NCBI RefSeq assembly: GCF_009914755.1
Contig: NC_060930.1
DNA: 64,000 nt
Source of the DNA: the human T2T-CHM13v2.0 reference genome, Homo sapiens
Reading direction: 5' to 3' (one strand)
Part shown: positions 41,306-54,646 of the stretch, piece after piece
Position numbering within the stretch: position 1 is the stretch's first letter
Layout of the letters: every line of letters starts with the position of its first letter
Program-made: the position numbers and the translations under genes
The notes under the pieces: model-generated
The model's database searches: none
What the model was told of the DNA's origin: nothing
The model's input: the letters and a program-made list of their open reading frames with translations, nothing else

Positions 41306-42027
41306 TGTGAAGCCAAAGTATCTGAGACAGGTCTCAATCAACTTAAAAAGTTGATTTTGCCAAGGTTAAGGACACACTTGTGACACAGCCTCAGGAGGTC
41401 TGATGACATGTGACCAAGGTAGTCAGGATACTGCTTGGTTTCATACATTTTAGGAGACATGGGACAGCAATCAATATGTGTAAGATGTACATTGATTTGG
41501 TCCAGAAAGTCAGGACAACTGGAAGGCTGCCCCAGATTTTGAGGTCATAGGTAGATAAGAGACAAAGAGTTGCATTCTTTTGAGTCTTCGATCATCCTTT
41601 CACTGAACACACAATTTAAATGTGGGGGAGGGGGCTAGAGGAATAGTCACTTATACCTTAGTCTGACTCAGTGAATCTTTATATTTTACATAAACAATAG
41701 GGCAGAAGAAGAAATCAGACATGCATTTGTCTCAAGTGAGCTGAGATGACTTTGAGTTCTGTCCCCTTTTTCCACATCTGTGAAGATAAGTTATCAGTTT
41801 ACATTGCCAAGGTGAAATTCGACAGAACTGTTTCAGGACAAAGATCTTGAGAACCACAAGGAATTTCCTTGTGGGCACATTGTGAGGGAGGTATGTAACT
41901 TTTTTATCTTTGCAGCTATCTTATTTAGGAATAAAATGGGAGGCAGGTTTGCCTGATGCAGCTCCTAGCTTGACTTTTCCCTTTGCCTTAGTGATTTGGG
42001 GGTTCAGAGATTTATTCTCCTTTTACA
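41306..42027 (-). mobile_element. ERV1 MER4-group solo LTR (MER4A-like)
   Basis: Minus strand begins TGTAAAAGGAGAATAAATCTC..AAAGGGAAAAGTCAAGCT..GCAAACCTGCCTCCCATTTTATTCC and ends ..TTCACA; TG..CA termini; flanks cact/aact (degenerate 4-bp TSD). Confidence 0.88.
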
Positions 42028-42734
42028 AACTTTTCCATCTCTTTTCCAGCTTACAAAATGTTGTTGCTCTTGCCTTGATTCTGTGTTTCTCATCTTTGCT
42101 GACACTAAAGTAGGCATTGTGGAGGCTGAGACCAAATCTAAAACAAAATAGACTTTTACTGAGAACGTATGCAACTCTAAATATTCCCACTTGAGCAGTT
42201 TTCAGATTCCTTTTATTAACCATTTTCTTCTTAAGTACTTTAAAATGGAGTGCCCTGTGTGAGGCTGTATGCATTAAAACAAACAAACGAATGAACAAAC
42301 AAAAACTCTTGATGATGGCTTTTGGAATGCTACACACTTATTCAAATGAGACTTAAGTAATCTGAAAGTACGGATGCAATTTATAAGAATCTTAAATGCA
42401 AATTAGAGAAAAATTACAAAGCTAGAATGGGAATTGTTTCTGCACACTACCCAATGCTGGAGGAAGACAGTGTGTGAAATGCTAGCTAGCTTGTGAAGGG
42501 CTTATGAAAATGATGCTATGCCATTCTTCAGACTATATGCTGAATGGGGAAAGAAGATGTAAGAAATAATAAGCAACGTAGTCATGGGTCTCCAAAATAA
42601 ATTAATTCAGTGTAAACACTTTCTATTCTAGACATTTCTAAGAATATTCAGTGTGAGAGAGATTGGAGATCTCAGAAGCTCATGGTGAGTGGAGGAAGCT
42701 GACTATCAAATGCCAACAAGGACTCAAGGCATAT

Positions 42735-43690
42735 ATCTGTGCTGCTCCTTGTCTTTTAGGTATCAGCTAAAATGTCTCCTCTTTCTGACCACCCTATCCA
42801 AAGTAGATCTCCCATCTACACATTCACTCTCATTAATTCTTAGTTTTCTGTTTGTTTCCTGTAAAGTGGTAAACAAAATGTGTGACTGTTTTATTTTTGT
42901 TTGTTTCTTTTTCCTGCCTCTCATCACTACACTCTAACATAAAGTCAAGAACCATAACTTTTTTGTTTCCCATTTTATCTGCAATAAATGAAGTAGTCCT
43001 TGATATACAATATGTTGGGGGAATTTAGCAAGATTTTCTACCTAATCTCCTAGCAGCACATGAGCAAAGTCTCAAAGGATTTGTAGGAGTTAGTCTGTGT
43101 TGGAGGGCATTTAGGGAAGTCATTTCTGTCAAGCAAAGGAGTATGTGAGAAACTGTAAATTATTGAATATAGCCAGAGTGAATACTTTACTAATAAGGAT
43201 AAAAAAGAACTGGAGAGAAATAACGTTGAGGAGCAAAGCCAAGCAAACTCATGAATTATTGCCCTGTTACAAAGTCTTGAGCACCATTGCAATATTTTAA
43301 GCAAGGGAAATATAAGCAAACATTTTCTATTTTAGAAAGATAAATCAGAGAAAAGTTAGGGGGATGTGTTTGAACAGAGCAAAGCTACAGTTATTAATAT
43401 AACTGTTGATATAATAGTTACCCTCTAGAAAAAGAAAGATTTCAATTTTATATGGAGTTCATACAGAGAGGAAAGATGAAGAGCTTTCTAAAGATAGAAT
43501 CAATAGTATTTGGTGATCTACTCAATGTAGTGGGTGAAGCACAAAGACAAACTAAGTCATTTTTCAAATTTCTTGGTTAGCCTGTTAGGTCGAAAATGGG
43601 GCCATGTACAAAAAGTGAGGAAAATTTTGGAGTGGGGGAGGGCGAGAATATAAGCAGTAATGTCACTTTTAGTGTGGACTTTTGGCAAAA
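42735..43690. mobile_element. L2 fragments
   Basis: 'ttttaggtatcagctaaaatgtc..ctttctgaccaccctatccaaagtag' and 'tagaatcaatagtatttggtgat'. Confidence 0.55.
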
Positions 43691-46214
43691 TATAAGGCTC
43701 TAATTGAATAATTGTTCTTATTTTGTGTCACTCTAAAATATTCTTTATTCACCTTAAGTCCATAGTAAAGATGACATTACTACTTATATTCTCACACTAC
43801 CCCATTCCAAACCTGGACCTCTCATGTGACATTCCTAAATATTGGTTAAATACATATTTCTTTTTCTGATTTGTTCCTCTGACACTCTCCAATGCATAAT
43901 TATCTGGACGTTCAGAGATTGAAATAGAGGAACGTTTCAAAAAGATTTCAGGATTAAGACTCTCTTAATTATGACTCTATTGTTTAAATATGAGCTCACC
44001 CATTTATGCAGATAAGAACTGTCATTGAAATGGTTATTTAGAAAAGAAAAACACATTTTTGTCATTACGATAGGAAGAGCAATAGCTTCTTTATGAACTA
44101 TTACTTCACATTAGCTGAATTCAAATAAAGATTAATTCCTATAACATGTCTTAATTTTGTGAAGAAAATAAAAATGCTAAGGTATTAGCATTTTTTAAAT
44201 TTTTATCCAGGCACAATACCGGTAACCACAATAAATCAATGCAACCTTAATATAGTCACCAGGTATAAAGAAAATGTACATAATGCCAATGTTCTAAAAT
44301 GACTAGATTTGGCACCACTTACATAACAATAGAGGAGAATTTTGAAAACAATTATTTTGTGTAGTAATGGGGGGTTATTTTCCAGAACATAAATAGTACA
44401 AATCAACAAAGCATTTTAATATTTCTTTTGAAATTGGCCAATTTTGAATACTAACTTCAAAGCAAATACTCATTGTTTTTGTTAATCTACAAATTGAACA
44501 AATTTGTCTATTTGAGAAATGTGAACTGTAAGTATTCACATAATAGCTGATGTTGCTATTGAAATTTTAATAGGCTGGATGCCATATTAATAAAAAATGA
44601 GATATAATTTTTAAAAATATTAAGAAAGTAAATGTTTTTTTCTTTTCAGCTTCTCATAATACAGGACAGAACATTAAATGTAAGGATAGTCAGATGAAGA
44701 AATTCAAGATAAAAACAGTCTGTTTACATCCTTATTCTTATTCTTCTATGATTCTTATTGATCCAAAATTAATCAAATCACCAGATTTACTCTCTGTCTT
44801 ATCTTTTACTTCTCATTTATAACATCTTAAATTTCAGCAACATGAAATTCACATTTTAGTTAAAAGTCAGATATATCATTTAAGGAAATAAAATTTCGGT
44901 CAAAATACTCTCACTTTTTATTGTCAAATGTCAAATATTAGCAGAATTATTTCTATCCAAGTCTATTTGTATATGTATAATCTAATTATGTTTAAAATGA
45001 GTATATATCTTGCAAAGAATAAACAAAAGAAGGTAAAAATAAATAAATGTGAAGAATTGAAAAAAAAACCCACAATCTTGGAAAAACTAAAAGAACAAGA
45101 GCATCTTGTAGCAATGGGTGCTTCCTAGTCTGGGGCAAAGAAAGAATTATGTGAGGCTGGGGTATCTTGTTCTACAAGAAATTTAGTTGCCTTCAAAATT
45201 AATGAAGTGACATTAAAACAACAAGCAAAAAGCCCTCACATATAAAAAGCCCTCACAGACTAAAGTTGTGACAAGTTGAGTATCAAAAGAATAATAATTG
45301 CAGTGAAATAAAATAACCTTTCAAAATTGAAAAACAGTGTTCAAAAACAATAAAGCCAGAAAAATCTCACAGAATAAGATTTGATAAAGCATTTCCTTAC
45401 TGGGAATTTGGTAGCTAAAGTATAATAAGTAAATATCTTTTTTTTTTTCCATTGGGAACTATGATTTGGAGTAAGAACTCCAGTAATTGGGGAAAAGCTC
45501 TACATTATAGAAGAGTACAGTTTATTTTGTAAAATAAATGACAGAGTTGAGATACAACTGTTTTAAGCTTGTATTCTTCAAGTAGTATAAGCTCCAAACA
45601 TGTAAGTAAAATTTACAGAATTATAATGAAAATAATTCCAAATCTGAAATCAAAACATTGTAAAACTTCTTTCTGAATAATAAATACATTGAACAATGAT
45701 AAAATTGAAAATTGTTACAAGAGATTTGAACAGCTAACACACTTAATGTAATGAAAATACATAAAAACCTGCACCATGAAATTCCTAAATGCACATTTTG
45801 TACCATATATAACTAATGAAAAAATTAACTTCAATAAATTGATAACAAATATCAAAGAATTATAATGATATCAGCTATTTTCTGGTGACAATGAAATTAA
45901 ATACTAATTAATTACAAAAACTACCAAAAACACACATATTTCAAAACTTATATAAAAGGCATTACAAAAGAAAGAAAATTTCTAACATTTGTGTAACTAG
46001 AAACTTAGAAGGAAAGAGTACAGGGGATGGTAGCAATTTTTAATGACACACTAAAAATTTTTCAAAACTGATGAAAGAATTTAAACCATCAATTATTAAA
46101 GCTCTACTAACAAAATAAATACAAACAAAATCAGATTATTCACACCATAATCAAACCACTGAAAACTAAAACAAAAAGAAAATCTTAATAGCATTCAGAG
46201 AAAAAGAAAATATA

Positions 46215-46590
46215 CAGTAATAATGTTTTGGTCAGTAACAGTTCCTAAAGATAAAAATGGAGCTGAAAAATTCTTCCTGCCTAGTGATATCATAGCCATC
46301 TTAACATAGTAGCACAATGAATTTACTCACATTTGTGGTTATGATTGTATGAAAGTATTTTAAAAATATAACACATAATACTTGATAATGATAATATTAA
46401 TAAATGACTATGTTATGGGTTTATGTATTACTATATTATACATTTTATTGCCATTTTAGAGTATGTCTTCTACTTATTAAAAAAAGTAGAGTATGTCTTC
46501 TACTGATTAAAAAAATAGTTAACTGTAAAACAGCCTCAGGCAGGTCCTTTAGGGAGTATTTCAAAAGAAGACATTGTTATTATAGGAGAC
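46215..46590 (+). mobile_element. Tigger3 (Golem) derivative, left part only
   Basis: 'aatggagctgaaaaattc..cctagtga..gttaactgtaaaacagcctcaggcaggtcctt'. Confidence 0.85.
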
Positions 46591-47020
46591 CATGAAGCCC
46601 TCAACTAGCTTAAACAGAAAGACATCTTACTGAGACTCATTCTAATCAAATTTTCAAAAGTGAAAGTCAAAGAATTTTGAAAGCAACAAAAAACAAAAGC
46701 AATCTGTCACATACCAGGGAATGTTCATAAGACTATCAGTGGATTTCTCAGCAGAAACCTTCCAAGCCAAGAATGAATGAGATAATGTATTCAAAGTGCT
46801 GTGAGAAGAAAACTGCTAACCAAGAATATTGTATTTGGCAAAGTTGTTCATTGGACATAAAAATGAATGAGAAAAAAATTTCTCCAGACAAACAAAAGCC
46901 ATGGAAATTAATCACCACTATACCTGCATTACAAGAAGCACTAAATGGAGTTCTTCAAGTTTAAAAAGATAAAGATGTTAACTAACAACATGAAAACATA
47001 TTATAGTATAAAATTTAGTA

Positions 47021-47071
47021 CTAGATTGGTGCAAAAGTAGTTGTGGTTTTTGCCGTTAAAATAATGGCAAA
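47021..47071. mobile_element. MADE1 (Hsmar1 MITE), right arm truncated
   Basis: TA then 'ctagattggtgcaaaagtagttgtggtttttgccgtta..taatggcaaa'. Confidence 0.8.
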
Positions 47072-50000
47072 TATAAAACAGAAATATAGTCAAATTAAGA
47101 ATATTCTTATAATATAATGGTGGTAAATAAATTACTTTTGCCTCTGGTATAAAAGTTAAAAGACAAAAGAATTAAAAATAACTATAGCTTTAATACATTT
47201 TTAATGGATGCACTGTATATAAAAGATGTAAGTTTTGATATTAATAACTTAAAATATGGGGAAAGGAGAAGTTAATGTGCAGTTTTTGTATGCAGTCAAA
47301 GTTAATTTGTTATCAGCCTAAAATACACTGCTTTAGTGATAAGATGTTTTATGTAAGCCTCATGGTAACCGCTAGAAAAATTATATGTAATATTATATGT
47401 AAAAGGTAAAGAAAAAGGAATCAAAGCATATCCCTACAAAAACATCATCACATCACAAAGGAAGATGCAAGAAAAAAAGGAACTACAAACAGAAAACAAT
47501 AAGCAAAATTGCAGTAGTCAGTTCTTACCTTTCAGTAATTACTTGAAATGTAAATGGATTAAATTCACTAATCATAGAGCCTCTAGACTGGTTGAATGAA
47601 TGAAAAAATAAGATCCAACTCTAATCACCTCACCTTTAAGAACACACATAGTTTAAAATGAAGGGATGGACAAAGATATCCCAAGCAAAAGTGAGCAGGA
47701 GAGAATATACTTATATCAGATAAAATAGTATTTAAGTGAAAAACTGGCACAAGCCAAAGGTTATTATGTATTAATAAAGGGATCAATGTATCAAGAGGAT
47801 ATACTAATTATTAATGTGTTTGCACTCAACATTGTTGCACTGAAATATTTTCAATATAAATTTAAATGTAGTTTATATTTTAAATATAAAAGAAAATATT
47901 AACAGAACTTATTATGGGAGGAAAAAATAGCTATATGGTAATGGTAAGAAACTTTCTTACCCCACTTTCAACAATTAATGGGTCATCCAGACAGAAAATC
48001 AAAAGAAAACAGTGGACTTGAAGAACACTATAGACCAGATGCACCTAACAAATATATAGAGAACATTCCATCAACGTGCAACAGAGTAAAAACATTATTT
48101 TCAAATATGGATGAAACATTCTTTAGGATAGATTATATGTTAGGCCACAGAATAAATCTTAACAAATTTAAGAAGACCAAAATCATATCAATCAAACTAT
48201 AATAATGTGAATCTAGAAATCAATAATAGGAAAATCTGTAAATATGTGGAAATTAAGCAACACACTTATAGACAACTAAAGGATCATAAAAGAAATCAAA
48301 GGAGACATTTTAAAAATCTTGAAACAGTAAAAACTAAAGACACAACACACCAAAACTTATGGGAGATAACAAAAGCACCTCTACTAGGGAAGCCTATAGT
48401 GATAAACACTGTAATTTTCTTTAAAAAATTATAATTTTAAAAAAATTATAGTGTTTATAATTTTTTAAAAATTGTGTTTACATTTTTTCAAAAATCTCAA
48501 ATAAAAAGACTACCTTTATACCTTGTCTGAACAGAACAATAATAAAAATGTGATTGAAGCAGTAATCAAAAATCTCTCAACAAAGGAAAATCCAAAACTG
48601 GATGATGAGCTCAAGGGTGAATTTTACAGAACATTTAAAGAATTATCGCCAGTCCTTCTCAAAATCTGCAAAGAATTGAAGGGTAGGAAACAGTTCCAAA
48701 TTCATTTTACAAGGCCTGCGTTACCCTGGTACCAATGCCAGGCAAGAACACTAAAAGGAAAGAAAATTACAGGGTAATATTTCTAATGAGCCTACATACA
48801 AAACTCCTCAACAAAATACTAGAAAACCAAATTCAGCAGCACATTAAAAAGATCACATGCAATGATCAAGTGGGATTTATCTGTGAGATACAAGAATGTT
48901 TTAACATACACAAACCAATAAAGAAGATCATCTGCATTAAAAGAATGAAAGATAAAAATCATATTATCATCTCAGTCCATGCAGAAAAAGCATTTGCAGA
49001 AACTTAATGTCCTATTATAGTGAAAATTCTCAACCAATTAGGTATAGAAGGATATACCTCAACATAAGAAAGCCCATATACAACAAGCCCACAGCTAATA
49101 TCATACTCGAGTAAAAAGTTGATTTTTTGCTAAGATGAGAAACAAGACAAGAGTGCCTATTCCCACACTACAACTTCTATTTAGCATAGTACTGGAAGTT
49201 CTAGCCAGAGCAATTAGGCAAGATAAAATAAAAGGCATCCAAATCAGTAAGGAAGAAGTAAATTATCATTGTTTGCAGAAAACATGATCTTATACATAGA
49301 AAATCCCATAGACTCTACCAAAACACTGTTAGAACTACTAAATGAGTTTAGTAAAGTTGCTGGATACAAAATCAACACCCAAAAATCTATAGCTATTCTA
49401 CAGCAAATCTGTACACTAAAAAGGAACTATCTGAAAAAGACAAGAAGAATAAAATTTCATTTACAGTAGCATTAAAAAAATAAATATTGAGGAGTAAACT
49501 TAAACATGGGGTGAAAGATCAATACACTGAAAACTGTAAACACTGATGAAAGAAATTGAAGAAGACACAAACAAATGAAAAGATATCCCATGTTCATTGA
49601 CTAAAGTGATCAGTGTTAAAATATCCTCCCTACCCAAGGAGATTTACAATTCAATACACTCTCTATTAAAATTCCAATGGCATTTTTTACAGAAATTTTT
49701 TAAAATCCTAGAATTTGCACGAAACTATAAAATACCCAATGCAATGATGAACAAAAAGAAAAGCTGGAAGCATCACCCTACCTGACTTCAAAATATGCTA
49801 CAAAATTATAGCAATCAAAACAGCATGATATCAGCATAAAAACAGACTTATAACTCAGGGAAGAGAACACAGAGCTCAGAAATAATTCCACACATGATGG
49901 TCAATTGCTGTTTGACAAAGGTGTTAAGAAGACCCAAAGGGTAAAAGACAGCCCCTTCAATAAATGACATTGAGAAAACTGTATGTCTGTATACAGAAGA

Positions 50001-50148
50001 ATGAAATTGAACCCTTATCTCATAACATACACAAAAATCAATTCAAATGTATTAATACTTTAAATGTAACTAAAGTGTAATGACTTAAATGTAATTAAAG
50101 ATCTGAAGTTGTAACACTTCTAGAAGAAAACTTAAGGAAAAATTTCTT

Positions 50149-51305
50149 TTTATTATTATTATTATTATTATATTTTAAGTTTTAGGGTACATGTGCACAA
50201 CGTGCAGTTTTGTTACATATGTATACATGTGCCATGTTGGTGTGCTGCACCCATTAACTCATCATTTAGCATTAGGTATATCTCCTAATGCTATCCCTCC
50301 CTCCTCCCCCAACCCCACAACAGTCCCCAGTGTGTGATGTTCCCCTTCCTGTGTCCATGTGTTCTCATTGTTCAATTCCCACCTATGAGTGAGAACATAC
50401 GGTGTTTGGTTTTTGTCCTTGTGATAGTTTGCTGAGAATGATGGTTTCCAGCCTCATCCATGTCCCTACAAAGGACATGAACTCATCATTTTTTATGGCT
50501 GCATAGTATTCCATGGTGTATATGTGCCACATTTTCTTAATCCAGTCTATCATTGTTGGACATTTGGGTTGCTTCCAAGTCTTTGCTATTGTGAATAGTG
50601 CCGCAGTAAACATACGTGTGCATGTGTCTTTATAGCAGCATGATTTATAATCCTTTGGGTGTATACCCAGTAATGGGATGGCTGGGTCAAATGGTATTTC
50701 TAGTTCTAGATCCCTGAGGAATCGCCACACTGACTTCCACAATGGTTGAACTAGTTTACAGTCCCACCAACAGTGTAAAAGTGTTCCTATTTCTCCACAT
50801 CCTCTCCAGCACCTGTTGTTTCCTGACTTTTTAATGATTGCCATTCTAACTGGTGTGAGATGATATCTCATAGTGGTTTTGATTTGCATTTCTCTGATGG
50901 CCAGTGATGATGAGCATTTTTTATGTGTCTTTTGGCTGCATAAATGTCTTCTTTTGAGAAGTGTCTGTTCATATCCTTCGCCCACTTTTTGATGGGGTTG
51001 TTTGTTTTTTACTTGTAAATTTGTTTGAGTTCATTGTAGATTCTGGATATTAACCCTTTGTCAGATGAGTAGATTGCAAAAATTTTCTCCCATTCTGTAG
51101 GTTGCCTGTTCACTCTGATGGTGGTTTCTTCTGCTGTGCAGAAGCTCTTTAGTTTAATTAGATCCCATTTGTCAATTTTGGCTTTGGTTGCCATTGCTTT
51201 TGGTGTTTTAGACATGAAGTCCTTGCCCATGCCCATGTCCTGAATGGTATTGCCTAGGTTTTCTTCTAGAGTTTTTATGGTTTTAGGTCTAACATGTAAG
51301 TCTTT
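50149..51305 (-). mobile_element. L1PA4-like 3' end (1.16 kb, 5'-truncated) nested in L1MA
   Basis: (TTA)n tail, L1PA 3'UTR, ORF2 C-terminus; perfect TSD ggaaaaatttctt at 50136-50148 and 51306-51318. Confidence 0.95.
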
Positions 51306-52109
51306 GGAAAAATTTCTTGACATTAGTTTGGGCAATGATTTTTTGGATATTGTCTCAAAAGCACAGACAACAAGAGTAAAAATAAACATATGGGATTGCA
51401 TCAAACTAAAAAGCTTGTACACAGCCAAAGAAACAATTTACAAAGTCAACAGACAATCTAAGGAATGGGAGAAAATATTTGCTATCCATATGTCCTATAA
51501 GGGGTTGATACCCAAAATATCTATGGAACATATACAACTCAATAGCAAGGAAACAAATTATCCAATTTAAAATGGACAAAGGACCTGAATAGACATTTCT
51601 CCGAGGAAGACATACAAATGGCCACAGGAACATGAAAGAAAAATGCTCCACATCACTAACTTTCAAGGAAATGCAAGTTAAAAATCATATGAGGGATAAT
51701 CTCACACTTATTAGAATATCTATTATTAATAACTAGAAAATATAAGTGTTGGTAAGAATGTGGGGAAAATGGACAGTTGTGTGCCAACTTGTACACTGTT
51801 TCTGGGGATGTAAATTAGGACAGCTATTATGGAAAACAATATGGAGGTTCCTCAAAATATTAAAAATAGAAGTATTATATGATTCAGCAATCCCACATCT
51901 GGGTATATAATCCAAAGAAAATAAGGTCAGTAAATTGAAGAGATATCTGCACTCTTATATTAATTGCAGCATTATTCAGAATAGTCAAGATATGAAATCA
52001 ACCTAATCATTCAACAGAGATAAACAGATAAAGAAAATTATACATAAATGTATATATATAACATAGAACCACAAAATATCCCAAATACCAAAACACTTAT
52101 AAGCAAAAA

Positions 52110-52147
52110 GACACACACATATGCATACACACACACACACACACACA
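52110..52147. repeat. (CA)n microsatellite
   Basis: Directly visible. Confidence 0.9.
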
Positions 52148-53392
52148 ATGGAATATTATTTAGCCATTAAAAAAGAAGACAGTGCTGTCATTTGTGATGA
52201 GATAAATAGACCTGGAGGATGTTAATCTATGTAAAATAAGTCATGCATGAAAAGACAAATACTGCATGGTCTCACTCCTATGACAAATATAAAAAAAGCA
52301 AACTCATTGAAACAGAGGACAAGAATGATGAGTTGCCAGAGGGAAGAAGGTGGGGAGAATGAGAACATGTTGGATAAATGGTACAAATTTTTGGTTACGC
52401 AGGATGAATAGGTTGTAAAGATCTCATGTAGAGGATAGTGGCCTTAGTTAATAATACTGTATTTTATACTCAAAATTTGCTGAGTCTAGATCTTAAGTTT
52501 TCTCACTGGGAAAAAAACTAGGTGAGGTGATGGATTTGTTCATTACCTTGATTACAGAAATCATTTCACAATGTGTACATGTTTCAAAACGTCATGTTGT
52601 ACACTGTAACTATATACAATTTCATTCTTATTTGTTCTTTAATAAGGTTGGAAAAAAATAAAAAGAGTTAATAGTGAAAAAAGCACACTTCATGCACAAA
52701 TTTTAAGAAGTTTTGTTATAAGGAAGAGTCAACAAATGGGAATGTAAATTGGAAATGGATAAATACACAAATTGAGTTTAAAACAAAAGACAAGAAGTGT
52801 TGAGTATATTTGTGTTGTTGAGATTCATCTTCTGAAGAAGGGCATTAATGATTAAGGAAAAATAAAATGAAATTGCAAAGGATGTCCCTGTCCAACTGAG
52901 AATAACGGGGAACAAAAGACAAAAGTAATTGTAGACCATTAGAAAGTTGTCTTTCTAACGACAGAACACTGCTTCATTTTCTTACAAGTAATTTCCTGAG
53001 AGTGAGGAGGAATTGATGGTGGGGGCGGGGTGGCTTTCAGAAATAATAAGAGGTTATGAAATTTTTGTCTCAGGAAACACTTATTGATGGGACTGTTCAA
53101 CAGTATTCACTGGCAAATGAAAAACCAGTTATACTGGTTCTGTAATTTGCCAATGATCCTCCAGGACATCAACACTTAAACTAACAGTATTTAAAATCTT
53201 GCCAAGACTGAGTATTATTAATACTTGTTATCTATGCCAATGTGATACGTGAATTTTTAAACTTCTTTATATTCTATGTTTATTTTATTATTAGGTAAAG
53301 TGAGAATGTTCTATTGTGTTTGTTTATTGTTATTTTGATTGGAAAAGAGTAAGGCTAGAAGAAAGGACACTTAGAAGATTGTTGGCATAGCG

Positions 53393-53549
53393 CAGGTTGA
53401 GCATCCCTAATCTGAAAATCTGAAATCCAAAATGACCTAAAATCTGAAACTTTTTGAGTGTAGACATGACATTCAAACCTCATGCTGAAAATAAATGCTC
53501 TTTGGACCATACTTGATTTCAGATTTTTGGATTAGGGATGCTCAACCTG
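53393..53549. mobile_element. Tigger4/MER46-family MITE, 157 bp
   Basis: Perfect 20-bp TIRs caggttgagcatccctaatc / gattagggatgctcaacctg; TA on the right flank. Confidence 0.9.
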
Positions 53550-53612
53550 TATAAATGAATATAATGGTGGCCTGAATACACTAAATATTAGTATGTTTGT
53601 GTATATATAGAT

Positions 53613-53641
53613 ACACACACACACACACACATACACACACA
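53613..53641. repeat. (CA)n microsatellite
   Basis: Directly visible. Confidence 0.9.
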
Positions 53642-54262
53642 GACTAATATATATTATGTAACATTAGACTCAAAATAAAGCACAATGAGTCTAGAAGAAA
53701 ACCAGCTGCCTGTCCTCCAGGAAGCTTAAAGGGTGACATTATTTTGATGAATTTAACCACACTTTTCTCAGTCTGGATCCCAAGCTTATGGGTTTCCTAA
53801 AACCAAGTTTTATCAGCAATTGAGAAAGAATATATTTCCCAGTGGGGAGCCTCATGTGAACAAAGCCAATAAAATTAAATTTATGTATATTTTTCATCTT
53901 CAAAATAGAATAAAATGAGTTATATTTACCAACATATCTGGAACTAGATGACAAATACATGATAGCTTATTGTTATATATAAAATCAAAATGTTAATAGA
54001 TTAATTACCACTGAGAAATAGAACTATCAGTCCGAGTGTTATTTTTGCATAATCAGGGCAAATTACACTTACACACAAGGAAAAACAATTTTCGTTATAA
54101 GCTTGATTAAAAAAATGGATTGGAGAGGAAATAAAGGCAAAAATTTTTTACAAAACTTTTGAAAGTGTGATTGTAAAGGAAAGAAAAGATTAAAATGGTG
54201 GCTGAAACAGAAAGTCTGGTTAAAGAATGTTGAAAGTTTAGTATTTTGCTTTATTAAGATAG

Positions 54263-54646
54263 TGTTATGGGATGAATTGTGTCCCCAACCAAAAGTATAT
54301 ATATATATTTTGAAGTCCTAACCCCCACTACTTTGCAATGTGACTTTTTATTTAGAAATAGGGTTATTGCAGATGTTACTAGTTAAGATGAGGTCATACT
54401 GGAGTAGGGCTGGCCTCTCATCCAATATGACTGTATCTTCATAAGCACATGGCCATGTGAAAACAGAGACACAGGGAACACCACAGGAGATCAAAAGCAG
54501 AGAAGTGAATTAAGTGTCTGCAAGCCAGGGAACACCAAAGATTACCAGGAAACCACCAGAAGCTACAAAGAGGTAGCCCAGAATTGTGAGACCATAAATT
54601 TCTGCCTTTGTGATACTTTGTTACAGCAGTCCTAGAAAACTAACAT
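54263..54646 (+). mobile_element. MLT1B/C MaLR solo LTR
   Basis: 'tgttatgggatgaattgtgtcccc..gttaagatgaggtcatactggagtaggg..ttgttacagcagtcctagaaaactaaca'. Confidence 0.88.

Larger units (their letters stand above)
46593..52664 (+). mobile_element. Long degenerate L1MA8/9-like LINE-1 (ORF1 C-half, spacer, ORF2, 3'UTR)
   Basis: Successive broken ORF2 peptides ([22 protein letters not shown]; [12 protein letters not shown]; WDCIKLKS); L1MA-type 3'UTR 'gttaataatactgtatt..ggtgaggtgatggat'; interrupted by MADE1 and L1PA4. Confidence 0.9.

Noticed and set aside
44650-44680. Possible 30-nt micro-exon (ttttcag|..aaat|gtaagg)
   Set aside because: Isolated, with no partner exons or recognisable peptide.
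50383-51666. 200-, 139- and 108-aa ORFs
   Set aside because: Frameshifted L1 ORF2 C-terminal fragments and junction read-throughs, not host genes.
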